The notes under the pieces were generated by a model, which worked only from the letters and a program-made list of their open reading frames with translations, made no database searches and was not told the origin of the DNA. Below, piece after piece: positions 38,795 through 48,951 of a DNA stretch of 64,000 nt. Source of the DNA: Bacteroidota bacterium (lineage in GTDB: Bacteria > Bacteroidota > Bacteroidia > B-17B0 > Aurantibacillaceae). The stretch lies in assembly GCA_013816615.1 (NCBI GenBank), contig JACDED010000004.1, positions 6,861 to 70,860 of the forward strand, written 5' to 3'. Both the position numbers and the translations under genes were made by a program. Each line of letters begins with the position of its first letter. The first letter of the stretch is position 1.

Positions 38795-39676
38795 ATGAAA
38801 AATATAATCAAATTAATATTAGTGATCACTTCTTTCTCCGTTCTTACATCGTGTACCGATGTTATCCAGATAAAGCTGGATGAGGGATCAAAGATCTATG
38901 TGGTAGATGCCTTTGTAAATAATTTACGCCAAGACCAGGTAATAAAAGTAACCACTAACGATAATTATTTCAGTAATAAAGAAGCTCCTCCTGTTAGCAA
39001 TGCCAGCGTGGTACTTAAAGATCTTACTGCAAATACACAGTACGTTTTTAATTACACCTCTAATGGAAATTATGTTTATTCTTTATCAAATACAGATACA
39101 ATTGCAAGAGTAAATCATAGTTACGAATTAAATGTAACCATTGATGGTTATGTTTATACATCATTTAACATTCAAAGAAGGACAGCTGTTATTGACAGTA
39201 TTATTTCATTACCGCAGGAAGGTGGCTTTGGCCCGCCAACTACCGATACTATATTTAATTGCTTATTAATGGCAAGAGATAAAGTAGACAATGTTGGTGA
39301 TTATTATTGGTTGAAAACTTTTAGAAATGATACATTAATGGGCGCCGGTGGAGATATAAATGTTACTATTGATGGTGTTGGTGGCCTTGTAACTTCTGCG
39401 CCAAATGATACTATTGAATTTACTCCCCCTGCTACATTTTTAGGCTTTGAAAATTTTAGAAAGAATAGTAAATGTAGGGTTGAAATACACTCTATTTCCC
39501 GCGATAACTATTTTTTCTTTATACAAGCACTTGCACAAATAAACAATGGAGGCTTATTTGCAACAACACCCGAAAATGTTAAAACAAATATAGTAACCCC
39601 TGATGGCGCTAAAACAAAGGCCATAGGCAGGTTTAACATGGCAAGTGTAGCAACCCGGTCAACAATAGTTCATTAA
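38795..39676 (+). CDS. DUF4249-type lipoprotein partner of the TonB-dependent receptor
   Basis: Lipobox (LTSC), size and position directly after a CarbopepD-type TonB receptor. This is the usual DUF4249 arrangement in Bacteroidota. Confidence 0.7.
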   Translation: MKNIIKLILVITSFSVLTSCTDVIQIKLDEGSKIYVVDAFVNNLRQDQVIKVTTNDNYFSNKEAPPVSNASVVLKDLTANTQYVFNYTSNGNYVYSLSNTDTIARVNHSYELNVTIDGYVYTSFNIQRRTAVIDSIISLPQEGGFGPPTTDTIFNCLLMARDKVDNVGDYYWLKTFRNDTLMGAGGDINVTIDGVGGLVTSAPNDTIEFTPPATFLGFENFRKNSKCRVEIHSISRDNYFFFIQALAQINNGGLFATTPENVKTNIVTPDGAKTKAIGRFNMASVATRSTIVH

Positions 39677-39726
39677 AAGATTTAATTGAGGATTTTTTTT
39701 ATCTTTGGTCACTAATAAAAAAATTC

Positions 39727-40092
39727 ATGAAAAATTATTTTATCCTTGCCGCTGTTGCACTGGTATTTTTTGCCTGTAAAAAAGACAGAACCTGTACGTG
39801 TACTGTTAAAAAAACAGGTACTTCAACAACAACCGGAAAAGCAGAGCTTATTTTATTCCCGGGCTTTCCAACAACGTTAGCCGATACGTCATTTGTAACT
39901 GATGTGAATGATGTGCAAACTGTAGACAGAAAACTGGAAAAGGTTACCAAACGCACTGCGAAAAATAATTGCATTAGTTATAGCGAACCTTATAGCGAAA
40001 CAACACTTACATCCGTTCCCGCATCATCGTTTAATTTATCGGTTGTTGTAACCGATAAAGGCACTAAACATTACGATTGTAAATTAGATTAA
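39727..40092 (+). CDS. small lipoprotein, hypothetical
   Basis: Signal peptide with lipobox-like FFAC, 121 aa, Thr-rich. Confidence 0.5.
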   Translation: MKNYFILAAVALVFFACKKDRTCTCTVKKTGTSTTTGKAELILFPGFPTTLADTSFVTDVNDVQTVDRKLEKVTKRTAKNNCISYSEPYSETTLTSVPASSFNLSVVVTDKGTKHYDCKLD

Positions 40093-40095
40093 AAT

Positions 40096-41091
40096 TTATT
40101 TTCCCATTTTAAGCGTAAGATCAACAAGGCGGTTACTATAACCCCACTCGTTATCGTACCAGCCAATAATTTTTACAAGATTGCCTACAATACTTGTAAA
40201 CTCAGCATCGTATAAAACGCTGTGCGAATTGCCAATTACATCTACACTCACAATAGGGTCTTCGGTATATTCTAAAATTCCTTTAAGATCTTTTTGTGAG
40301 GCTGATTTAAAAGCATCATTTATCTCTTTAACAGATGGTATTTTTGTAAGTACGCAGGTAATATCTGTTAACGAGCCATCAGGCACAGGCACGCGCATAC
40401 CGCAACCTCCAATTTTTCCCTCAAGGTGTGGAAATATTTTTGTGATGGCTTTTGCCGCACCGGTTGATGTTGGGATAATACTCATAGCTGCGGCTCTTGC
40501 CCTGCGCAGATCTTTATGCGGCGCATCGTGTATCCGTTGATCGCTGGTATAAGAATGCACTGTTGTAATGTAGGCTTCTTCTATCCCAAACTGATCTAAT
40601 ACTTTTAGCATGGGCGCGGCACAATTAGTTGTACAGCTCGCATTCGACACAATAATATCATCACTCAATAATACATCATCATTTACTCCTAATACTATCG
40701 AGCGGATATCATCATCTTTTGCAGGAGCAGAAAGTATTACTTTTTTTGCGCCGGCAGTAATATGTTTCATTGCACTAACCTTATCTAAAAAGTGTCCGGT
40801 ACACTCAACAACAATATCAATGTTGTTCTCTTTCCAAGGCAATTGCTCAGGATCTTTATGTGAAACTACTTTAATTGCTTTTCCATTAATAATAAGGTTA
40901 TTTGCTTCTGCTTTTACCTCCCCTTCAAATTTACGGTGTATTGAATCGTACTTTAGTAAATGCGCTAACGTTACAGCATCTGTAAGATCATTGATCACTA
41001 CAATTTCAATAGCAGGGTTATTGATACAATTACGTAAATAAACTCTTCCTATTCTTCCAAAACCATTTATGGCGACTCTTATTTTTTTCAT
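40096..41091 (-). CDS. gap: type I glyceraldehyde-3-phosphate dehydrogenase
   Basis: INGFGRIGR N-terminus and the catalytic SNASCTTNC motif; 331 aa. Confidence 0.93.
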   Translation of the reverse strand: MKKIRVAINGFGRIGRVYLRNCINNPAIEIVVINDLTDAVTLAHLLKYDSIHRKFEGEVKAEANNLIINGKAIKVVSHKDPEQLPWKENNIDIVVECTGHFLDKVSAMKHITAGAKKVILSAPAKDDDIRSIVLGVNDDVLLSDDIIVSNASCTTNCAAPMLKVLDQFGIEEAYITTVHSYTSDQRIHDAPHKDLRRARAAAMSIIPTSTGAAKAITKIFPHLEGKIGGCGMRVPVPDGSLTDITCVLTKIPSVKEINDAFKSASQKDLKGILEYTEDPIVSVDVIGNSHSVLYDAEFTSIVGNLVKIIGWYDNEWGYSNRLVDLTLKMGK

Positions 41092-41108
41092 TTTAAAATA
41101 GTAACAAA

Positions 41109-41999
41109 TTATTTTTTATATGGTTTCTTTTGTTTTGACGTTAAATTAAAAATGAACCATTCATTTTTAGTATATAAAATTACTTCGTCTTTTTCAAAGG
41201 GTGCAATTTCATCTGCGGTAAGTGTTGTTTCTTCTTTTGTTTTTGGATTTAATAAAATATAATATTCTTTTGGTTCAAATATTTTATGGATCACAAAGTT
41301 TTTCGTTGCCATATCAATATGTCGCTTGTAGCTGGCAAGTTTTGTACCGCTGTAATCATAAATATCATCATCGCCATTATTACCAACGCCGGCGCTACAG
41401 CCAACAATAAGCGAATCTTTCGGATTAATTTTTATTCCCGAATAAAGGTAAGGTATAACCAGTTCTTCTTTAAAATTAATTAGGCCGGTGTAAATAATAT
41501 TTGCTTCGTTCTTTATTTCTGTAACAATAAATTTGGGTTCAGGGCTAATATACATTTCACTATAGCCTTTAAATGTTGTTTGATTTAGATCTTTACCAAC
41601 TAAATATTTTTTGCTTTTTGATGTGACAACAAAATAACTGGCATTATCGGTAAATTGTTTAACTGAGGTTTTGCTTAAAGAAAAAACGCTACAGGTATCT
41701 GCTTCCTCGGTTTTTATTTTTAAGCGTTGGCCTTGTTTGTTTAAATAATTGCAGGAGTAAACTGTTGTGTAGGTTTTTATAAAACGATTGGGCGATAAAG
41801 CTTTTGCCTTAAAACAGGCCAGGCAAATCTTACCGCTATTATCAAAATTAAAAATGGTATCGTAAACGGGTTTAATAATGACTTTTTCATTTTCTTTTAT
41901 GCCCCACTTTGCGTTTTCTTTAAAAGGCATGGTTTGAGAACTAAGTTTTTGAGAAAAAACCAATAAAAGAAAAACCACTATATTAATACTCATTCTCAA
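41109..41999 (-). CDS. secreted hypothetical protein with WG-repeat-like N-terminal module
   Basis: Signal peptide, then AKWGIKENEKVIIKPVYDTI, which matches the WG-repeat consensus seen in the 27396-28514 protein. Confidence 0.5.
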   Translation of the reverse strand: MRMSINIVVFLLLVFSQKLSSQTMPFKENAKWGIKENEKVIIKPVYDTIFNFDNSGKICLACFKAKALSPNRFIKTYTTVYSCNYLNKQGQRLKIKTEEADTCSVFSLSKTSVKQFTDNASYFVVTSKSKKYLVGKDLNQTTFKGYSEMYISPEPKFIVTEIKNEANIIYTGLINFKEELVIPYLYSGIKINPKDSLIVGCSAGVGNNGDDDIYDYSGTKLASYKRHIDMATKNFVIHKIFEPKEYYILLNPKTKEETTLTADEIAPFEKDEVILYTKNEWFIFNLTSKQKKPYKK

Positions 42000-42112
42000 C
42001 GTATACTGAGCATCTAAAGTAATTAAAATTTGATTTATAAACGAAAAATTGGGGCATTTTAGTACATAAGACCGGTTTAAATTAACTTATATTTGCATAG
42101 AGTAAAGATGCT

Positions 42113-42811
42113 ATGAATTGTATAGTTGTTGACGATAATAAAATGGCCCGGGCCGCCATGAAGCAACTGATAAGCCAGGTAGAGTTCCTGGTACTCAAAA
42201 AAGAGTGTTCCGATCCGATGGAAGCCTTCAATTATCTTAAGACCGAGGATGTTGATCTTGTTTTTTTAGATATAGAAATGCCTGGCATGTCGGGCATTGA
42301 ATTACTGAAAAACCTCGAAAAACATCCGCTTATTATATTTATTACTGCAAATAAAGAATATGCCCTTGAAGCTTTTGAACTGAATGTTGCCGATTATATT
42401 TTAAAACCGATTAATCTTTCGCGTTTTATGGCAGCAGTTTCAAGAGCAAAAGAATTATTCGATAATAAGGAACAAAAATTTGAGCTCAACCAAAACGATA
42501 AGGATTATATTTTTGTAAGATCAAATTCGCAGCTTGTAAAAATAAAAATTAACGATATTCTGTACGTACAGGCTTTGGGTGATTATGTAAATATTTTTAC
42601 GTCAACAGCACGTAACACCGTTCATATAACTTTAAAGGCATTAGAAGAAAAACTTCCCGCAAAAAAATTTTACCGCTTGCACCGTTCGTATTTGATTGCC
42701 ATCGATCATATTGATCGTGTGGAAGAAGGAACGGCATTTATTGACAAACACCCTATTCCTATTGGCGAACAATTTAAAAAAGAGCTTCTTAAAAAACTTA
42801 ACCTTATTTAA
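42113..42811 (+). CDS. LytTR-family response regulator
   Basis: Receiver domain (IVVDDNKMAR...DLVFLDIEMPGMSG) plus a LytTR domain (FYRLHRSYLIAIDHI). Confidence 0.9.
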   Translation: MNCIVVDDNKMARAAMKQLISQVEFLVLKKECSDPMEAFNYLKTEDVDLVFLDIEMPGMSGIELLKNLEKHPLIIFITANKEYALEAFELNVADYILKPINLSRFMAAVSRAKELFDNKEQKFELNQNDKDYIFVRSNSQLVKIKINDILYVQALGDYVNIFTSTARNTVHITLKALEEKLPAKKFYRLHRSYLIAIDHIDRVEEGTAFIDKHPIPIGEQFKKELLKKLNLI

Positions 42812-43021
42812 TTGAAGTTTTAAGTTATATAGCGTTCCTTTTATACAAAGTTTTATTATGCATATACATCGGCATTAAATTCTTATATTTATATACATGT
42901 TTCTTAAGAATAGGCTGAACATAAGTATCTATAGGCTTTACTACAAACGGACCCTCCCGTTTTGGGTAAATTATTATACATAATTTATAGACTTTACGCA
43001 CCTTAAACGACCAAAATATAA

Positions 43022-44848
43022 ATGAAAGATATCTGGAACTTAGGAATAAAACTAAAGATAGGCCTTGGCTTTGCACTTATACTTATTATTATGATAGGTG
43101 TTCAATACGGTCTTAATAAGAGCATTAATAACGTTATCATATCGCAGGAAGAATTATTGACAAGTACCAAACTCTCTACCGAAATAGAAGCAATAAAATC
43201 ATCTGTTATTTATTTTGAAAGTAAGATGAAAGGTTATGTTCTTACCTCAAACGATACACTTTTAGAAAATAATGAAAAATACCTGACGGATATTGTTAGA
43301 AAATTCAGAGGGCTTCAAAAACTTTCTCCAAATACAGAACAAAAAAGTGCAATAGATACTTTAGTTCATTTATTAAATAAACAAATACAGTTTACCGATG
43401 AAGTAATTTTCCAGCATACCATCGATCCCAAAAAATCTGTTGCACTTATAAAAGCAGGCAGCGGAAAAAATTTAATGATAACCATTATTCATGAGCTTGA
43501 AAAAATAAATACTCTCGAAGAATCAAAGTTTAAAGAGATCCTATCAAAAAATAAAGAGTACAGCAGGTCTGTAAAATTAATGGATACCTCCGCTTATATT
43601 TTTGCCTTTTTGTTAGTGATCACCTTTATCTGGTTTTTATATTCTGATATCAACAAACGCCAAACGCTTGAAAAAAAACTGATCATCGCTCAAAAAAAAG
43701 CAGAAGATGCCGCTGTTGTAAAAGAACAGTTCATGGCCAACATGAGTCACGAAATAAGAACACCTATGAATGCCATCATAGGTTTTAATAACCGATTAAT
43801 GAAAACCAATTTAAGTGCAGAACAAAAAGATTACGTTTTTGCAGTTCAAAGTTCAGGCGAAAATTTATTAACCATCGTAAATGATGTTTTAGATTTTTCG
43901 AAGATAGAAGCTGGTATGGTAAAATTAGAAAGCATTACTTTTAATTTACCGGATCTTTTACGGTCAGTAAATAATATGTTTTACATTCAGGCTAAAGAGA
44001 AAAAAATAAACCTGGAATTGACTATTTCAGATAATGTACCAAACCTTGTTGTCGGCGACCCTACCCGCCTGACGCAGATCCTATTGAATTTAATAGGCAA
44101 TGCTCTTAAATTTACTGATAACGGTAGCGTTACAATTCTTGTTGAAGAGCTTAGCCGTGATGATAAAAGTTGTTACCTGCAGTTTAAAATAAAAGATACC
44201 GGTATTGGTATTGCAAAAGATAAAATGCCCGAGATCTTTAACCGGTTTACGCAAGAAAAATCAGATACTAACCGTATATACGGTGGCACAGGCCTTGGAT
44301 TATCGATCGTAAAAAAATTATTAGAATTACAGAACGGAACCATCCTAGTGGAAAGTGAAAAAGACAAAGGCTCGGCCTTTACATTTATCCTTCCTTTTTT
44401 AAATGGCGATCGTTCTCTTTTTGAAACACAGAATGCTCCTCAAAAAGCAGATGAACCTTTAAATAATAATAATATCAAAATCCTGGTTGTAGAAGACAAC
44501 ATCATGAATCAAAAGCTGGCAGGCTTTATGCTGAACGACCATGGCTTCGAGCATGATATTTGCAATAACGGAAAAATAGCGCTCGAAAAAATGAAGACAA
44601 AAACATACGATCTTATTTTAATGGATATACAAATGCCCGTAATGAACGGCTATGAAACCACAGAGGTTATCCGGAGGCAATTAAACATAAACATACCTAT
44701 CATAGCTATGACGGCACATGCCTTGCCAGGAGAAAGAGAAAAGTGCTTAAGCCATGGCATGACAGATCATATTTCGAAACCCATAAAAGAAAACGAGCTT
44801 TTTAATTTAATTACCAAACATCTTGACCTGATCAACGAGAATAAATAA
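43022..44848 (+). CDS. hybrid sensor histidine kinase/response regulator with CHASE3-like sensor region
   Basis: TM helix, periplasmic region, second TM helix, coiled coil, H-box SHEIRTPMN, ATPase motifs (DTGIGI, GTGLGLSIV) and a C-terminal receiver (VEDNIMNQ...DLILMDIQMP). Confidence 0.9.
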   Translation: MKDIWNLGIKLKIGLGFALILIIMIGVQYGLNKSINNVIISQEELLTSTKLSTEIEAIKSSVIYFESKMKGYVLTSNDTLLENNEKYLTDIVRKFRGLQKLSPNTEQKSAIDTLVHLLNKQIQFTDEVIFQHTIDPKKSVALIKAGSGKNLMITIIHELEKINTLEESKFKEILSKNKEYSRSVKLMDTSAYIFAFLLVITFIWFLYSDINKRQTLEKKLIIAQKKAEDAAVVKEQFMANMSHEIRTPMNAIIGFNNRLMKTNLSAEQKDYVFAVQSSGENLLTIVNDVLDFSKIEAGMVKLESITFNLPDLLRSVNNMFYIQAKEKKINLELTISDNVPNLVVGDPTRLTQILLNLIGNALKFTDNGSVTILVEELSRDDKSCYLQFKIKDTGIGIAKDKMPEIFNRFTQEKSDTNRIYGGTGLGLSIVKKLLELQNGTILVESEKDKGSAFTFILPFLNGDRSLFETQNAPQKADEPLNNNNIKILVVEDNIMNQKLAGFMLNDHGFEHDICNNGKIALEKMKTKTYDLILMDIQMPVMNGYETTEVIRRQLNINIPIIAMTAHALPGEREKCLSHGMTDHISKPIKENELFNLITKHLDLINENK

Positions 44849-44850
44849 AG

Positions 44851-45201
44851 ATGCAACATCTCTCAAATAAAGTAACCGACCTTTCTTATTTAATTGCTAT
44901 TTCAAAAGGCAATAAGGCGTTTATTGATGAAATGATCGATATTTTTCTTTCTGAAAATCCACTTGAGATAGAGCTTTTAGAAAGCGCTATTGAAGAGCAG
45001 GATTATACCAGTATTAAAGCCTATGCGCACAAAATGAAATCAACAATTCCATTTGTTGGCCTGGATAAATTAATTGAAAAAGACCTGGAAGAGATCGAAA
45101 AGCTAGCCCTGCAAAAAAAACAACTGGAAACAATAACACAGCTGTTCGCAGAAATAAAAAAAACTTGCCTGCTGGCTGCGCAGGAACTAAGCGCAACTTA
45201 A
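44851..45201 (+). CDS. Hpt (histidine phosphotransfer) domain protein
   Basis: 116 aa with the AHKMKST phospho-His motif, directly downstream of the hybrid kinase. Confidence 0.75.
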   Translation: MQHLSNKVTDLSYLIAISKGNKAFIDEMIDIFLSENPLEIELLESAIEEQDYTSIKAYAHKMKSTIPFVGLDKLIEKDLEEIEKLALQKKQLETITQLFAEIKKTCLLAAQELSAT

Positions 45202-45219
45202 ATTTTGCAAAAGAAATAA

Positions 45220-47580
45220 ATGAAAGGCAAACGACTAAAAAAAATAATCATATCTACCGGTGTTACTATTATAGTATTAGTAGTTCTGATAATTGCTTTT
45301 ATTTCTCCTTTAGCCAAATACCTGGTAGAGAAATATGACGAAAAAATATTGGGGCGTCAGATCACGCTCGATTGGGCTTATGTAAACCCACTTACAGGTT
45401 ACGTACATCTTAGTAATGCAAAAGTATACGAAGCAAACAGCGATACGCTTTTCTTTTCATCGAGCGGGATAAGTGCAAATTTTTCGATGCACAAACTGCT
45501 TTCTAAAACAATCGAAATAAATGACCTCATTCTTGATAAGCCCTTTGGCGTAATTTGCCAGGACACATCGAAAAAATTAAACTTTAGCGATATCATTAAA
45601 CGATTTTCACCTAAAGCCAGAACAAACAAAACAAAACGGGATCCTACAAAATTTAATATGCTTAACGTGGTAATTAACGACGGCGTATTTGTTTACAGGG
45701 ATCTTGCCATCCCTGTAAATTATCCTATCAAGCATGTAAATATCAAAAGCACCGGCTTTAGATGGGATTCGGATACCATTTCCGGTAATTTTGACTTTGT
45801 GGCGGGCATTGGCACAGGAAGTGTAAAGGGCAGCACCAAGATAAATATTAAGAACCTTGATTACCAAATGGCAACGGTCTTTAATAAATACGATCTTAAA
45901 TTTATTGAACAATACTTAAAAGACCTTATCAATTACGGAACTTTTACTGCTAATATGGATGCAGATATACAGGCAACAGGTAATTTTAGAAGAGCGGAGG
46001 ACCTGATAGCGAAAGGCTTATTGGCTATTAATGATTTTCACTTTGGAAAAAACAAAAACGAAGACTATGCCTCCTTTAAAAAATTTGCAATACATATATA
46101 CGAACTTAGTCCTAAAAATAAAAAATACGATATTGATTCTGTTTCACTTGATCAACCATTTCTAAAATATGAGCGCTATGATCATCTTGATAATCTGCAA
46201 GCCATTTTTGGAAGGAAAGGAACTAAAGTTTCGTCAGCAAAAGGATCGAGAAAATTTAATTTAATATTTGAATTAGCTGATTATATCGTAAAATTATCAA
46301 AGAACTTCTTAAAAAGTGATTATAAAGTTAACCGATTTGCTATATATAAAGGTAATTTACTTTATAATGATTACAAGCTTAGCGAAAAAGTCTCAATTGG
46401 TATAAGACCATTTTATATTGTAGCCGATTCAATAAATAAAAATGATGAAAGAGTGAAATTAGATCTGCGATCAGGCCTTAACCCTTATGGTGATATTGCT
46501 ATCCATGTAAGCGTAAATCCAAAAGATAGCTCCGATTTTGATATGAACTACCGTCTTCAAAAAATTCCCGCTACACTTTTTAACCCTTATCTTGTTAATT
46601 ACACATCGTTTCCGCTGAACAGGGGAACAATAGAAATAACAGGAAACTGGCATGTAAGGAACGGGGTCATACGAAGCACCAACCGTTTGTTAGTGATCGA
46701 TCCGCGTATTGCAAAACGCGTGCATAGAAAAGATGTAAAATGGTTACCCTTACCTCTGATTATGGCCATTGTGCGTGAACGTGCAAATGTAATTGATTAT
46801 GATATACCCATTAATGGTAATTTAAAAAAGCCAAAATTTAATTGGAAAGATGTTATTACAGATGCCTTAAAAAATATGGTTATTAAACCTGTCACTACAC
46901 CTTATAATGAAAAAGTAAAAAAAAGTGAAAGAGCGATCGAGAAAACGATCTATGTTAAATGGCAAATGCAACAAGCAGATATATACCGTTCGCAGGAAAA
47001 GTTTTTAAATAAAATATCTGACTTTTTGGAAGAACACCCTGAAAGCTCCATTGATGTATATCCTCAGAGCTATGAAGAGAAGGAGAAAGAGTATATTTTA
47101 TTTTATGAAGCAAAGAAAAAATATTTTTTGCATTCACATAAAAAAACATCAAAAGACTACACCGATGATGATTCCTCTTTTGTAGCAAATATGTCTATTA
47201 AAGATTCAACATTCTTTCATTACGTTACCAAATACTGTAACGACGGCATGTTATTTACTATCCAGGATAAATGCGAGCGTTATATTGGTAAAGCATTGGT
47301 CAATAAAAGATATACGCAATTACTAAATACTCGAAAAAATGCCTTTTTAAGTGTGTTTAAAGAAAACGGAACCGCTAACCGTGTAAAGATCCATGCAAAT
47401 GAAAACTCTATTCCATATAATGGGTTTTCTTTCTTTAAAATTGCTTACAAGGGCGAAAAGCCTGAAATATTGCAGGAAGCATATGAGGAAATGGATAAGC
47501 TGAATGACGAAACGCCGCGGAGCCGTTATAGCGATGTAAGGAAAAAGATAAAACAAATGTTTGGAAAGAAACCAAAATAA
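45220..47580 (+). CDS. large N-terminally anchored protein, possibly DUF748/AsmA-like
   Basis: 786-aa ORF with a single N-terminal TM helix. The family assignment is from memory of the overall architecture and is uncertain. Confidence 0.55.
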   Translation: MKGKRLKKIIISTGVTIIVLVVLIIAFISPLAKYLVEKYDEKILGRQITLDWAYVNPLTGYVHLSNAKVYEANSDTLFFSSSGISANFSMHKLLSKTIEINDLILDKPFGVICQDTSKKLNFSDIIKRFSPKARTNKTKRDPTKFNMLNVVINDGVFVYRDLAIPVNYPIKHVNIKSTGFRWDSDTISGNFDFVAGIGTGSVKGSTKINIKNLDYQMATVFNKYDLKFIEQYLKDLINYGTFTANMDADIQATGNFRRAEDLIAKGLLAINDFHFGKNKNEDYASFKKFAIHIYELSPKNKKYDIDSVSLDQPFLKYERYDHLDNLQAIFGRKGTKVSSAKGSRKFNLIFELADYIVKLSKNFLKSDYKVNRFAIYKGNLLYNDYKLSEKVSIGIRPFYIVADSINKNDERVKLDLRSGLNPYGDIAIHVSVNPKDSSDFDMNYRLQKIPATLFNPYLVNYTSFPLNRGTIEITGNWHVRNGVIRSTNRLLVIDPRIAKRVHRKDVKWLPLPLIMAIVRERANVIDYDIPINGNLKKPKFNWKDVITDALKNMVIKPVTTPYNEKVKKSERAIEKTIYVKWQMQQADIYRSQEKFLNKISDFLEEHPESSIDVYPQSYEEKEKEYILFYEAKKKYFLHSHKKTSKDYTDDDSSFVANMSIKDSTFFHYVTKYCNDGMLFTIQDKCERYIGKALVNKRYTQLLNTRKNAFLSVFKENGTANRVKIHANENSIPYNGFSFFKIAYKGEKPEILQEAYEEMDKLNDETPRSRYSDVRKKIKQMFGKKPK

Positions 47581-47626
47581 TAACAGGTAGGCTTCAATTA
47601 ATTTTAGCTATTATTCTGTTGAAAGA

Positions 47627-48106
47627 TCAGGCATGTTTTTGTGCAAGTAAAACTTCACGCAGTTCTTCAGATAATTTTTCTCTAAGTTCAGGGTGGCCAT
47701 GAAAGGCTGCCGGTGTATTATGAAATAAGGCAATCACAAAAGTTTCATTTTGTTTTTGCGCGATCATCGTTTGAATGGCGTTTACCTCCGGGTTTATATC
47801 CGACTTGCCCGGTGGCAACATACCAACAACAGCCCTTAGCAGGGTTACTTCAGGGGTTAGTGGGCGTATTTCTTTTATAATATTTATATACGCTGCAGGT
47901 TTATGATCTTTAAATATTCTGCTAAGCTCTTTTCTAATTTGCTCTTTACCATTCATTTGGCTTCCGTCGAAGCCAATCACATTAGCATCATCGGCAAATA
48001 ATTCGCTGTATTGTTGAGCATCATGATTATTCCAGCATGCTAATAATTTTATATACAATAAACGAACAGCCGTTTCATCGTTTTGTTGGTCGGGATAAAT
48101 TTCCAT
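47627..48106 (-). CDS. SgcJ/EcaC-family (NTF2-like, DUF4440) protein
   Basis: AVRLLYIKLLACWNNHDAQQYSELFADDANVIGFDGSQMNGKEQI is the usual N-terminal pattern of this family. Confidence 0.7.
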   Translation of the reverse strand: MEIYPDQQNDETAVRLLYIKLLACWNNHDAQQYSELFADDANVIGFDGSQMNGKEQIRKELSRIFKDHKPAAYINIIKEIRPLTPEVTLLRAVVGMLPPGKSDINPEVNAIQTMIAQKQNETFVIALFHNTPAAFHGHPELREKLSEELREVLLAQKHA

Positions 48107-48163
48107 ACTTTTTTACTTATTTCAACAAGAACAATTGATCATTACAAAACCATTGTGTGAAAT

Positions 48164-48197
48164 AGTAAAGAAACAATTGATCAATTGTTTCTTTACT
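48164..48197. promoter_or_regulatory. perfect 34-bp palindrome (hairpin or operator) between two minus-strand genes
   Basis: AGTAAAGAAACAATTGA|TCAATTGTTTCTTTACT. The core ACAATTGATCA recurs at about 48133-48143. Confidence 0.4.
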
Positions 48198-48206
48198 GTT
48201 ACAACC

Positions 48207-48773
48207 TTATTCTTCATCATTTGTTTCATTTGCCGCCTGAATATTAATAGTAGATTCAGCTATCACGGTTAATTTTTCATCAGCTCCTTTTTCTTCTTCA
48301 AGAATTTCTTCCAGTAAACTTACCGCTTCATCCAAACCTAAGGTTCTTGCAAAGGTTCTTAAAGTGCCGTAAGAGGCAATTTCGTAGTGTTCTACTTTTT
48401 GCGCTGCAGAAATTATTCCTGCGTCACGCATCGCCCCTTTGTCAGTGTCTTTCATGATCTCATCGGCTTCCTTAACTAACCCGGCCATTGCTTCGCATTT
48501 TTTTGCTACTGCTTTTTTGCCGATCACATCAAATACCTGCTCCACTTTTTTTATCTGTTCTTCTGTTTCACCTAAATGACTTTCAAGTGCATCTCTTAAT
48601 TCGGTAGAAGTAGCATTTTTGATCATTTTAGGAATAGCCTTTGTTAAAGTTTTTTCTGCCCAATAAATGTCTTTTAATTCATCTTCAAATAATTCCATTA
48701 GTTTGGATTCATCCATACCATATTCTTTCGTTTTTTTCGGCGCTTTTTTAGCCGTGCCTGCACTTGTTTTCAT
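48207..48773 (-). CDS. ferritin-like YciE/DUF892 family protein
   Basis: LFEDELKDIYWAEKTLTKAIPKMI...LESHLGETEEQIKKVEQVF...VEHYEIASYGTL are typical DUF892 motifs. Confidence 0.8.
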   Translation of the reverse strand: MKTSAGTAKKAPKKTKEYGMDESKLMELFEDELKDIYWAEKTLTKAIPKMIKNATSTELRDALESHLGETEEQIKKVEQVFDVIGKKAVAKKCEAMAGLVKEADEIMKDTDKGAMRDAGIISAAQKVEHYEIASYGTLRTFARTLGLDEAVSLLEEILEEEKGADEKLTVIAESTINIQAANETNDEE

Positions 48774-48951
48774 AATATCGATTTTTAGGATTACGTTTAT
48801 TCAACGCAAAAATTATGCCTTCTCCAAAAAGGCTTTTCTTTTTAAAAAACAGCGCCAATGTGTAAGTTCTTCCTCGTTTTTACAGTACAATCCTGCAACT
48901 TATTTATTTTAAAATAACTGGCATGTTCTTGGCTTAGACGTTAAAACAAAA

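Noticed and set aside
42825-43076. 83-aa minus-strand ORF between the LytTR regulator and the hybrid kinase
   Set aside because: It overlaps the kinase start, has no recognisable features, and lies in the likely promoter region of the kinase gene.
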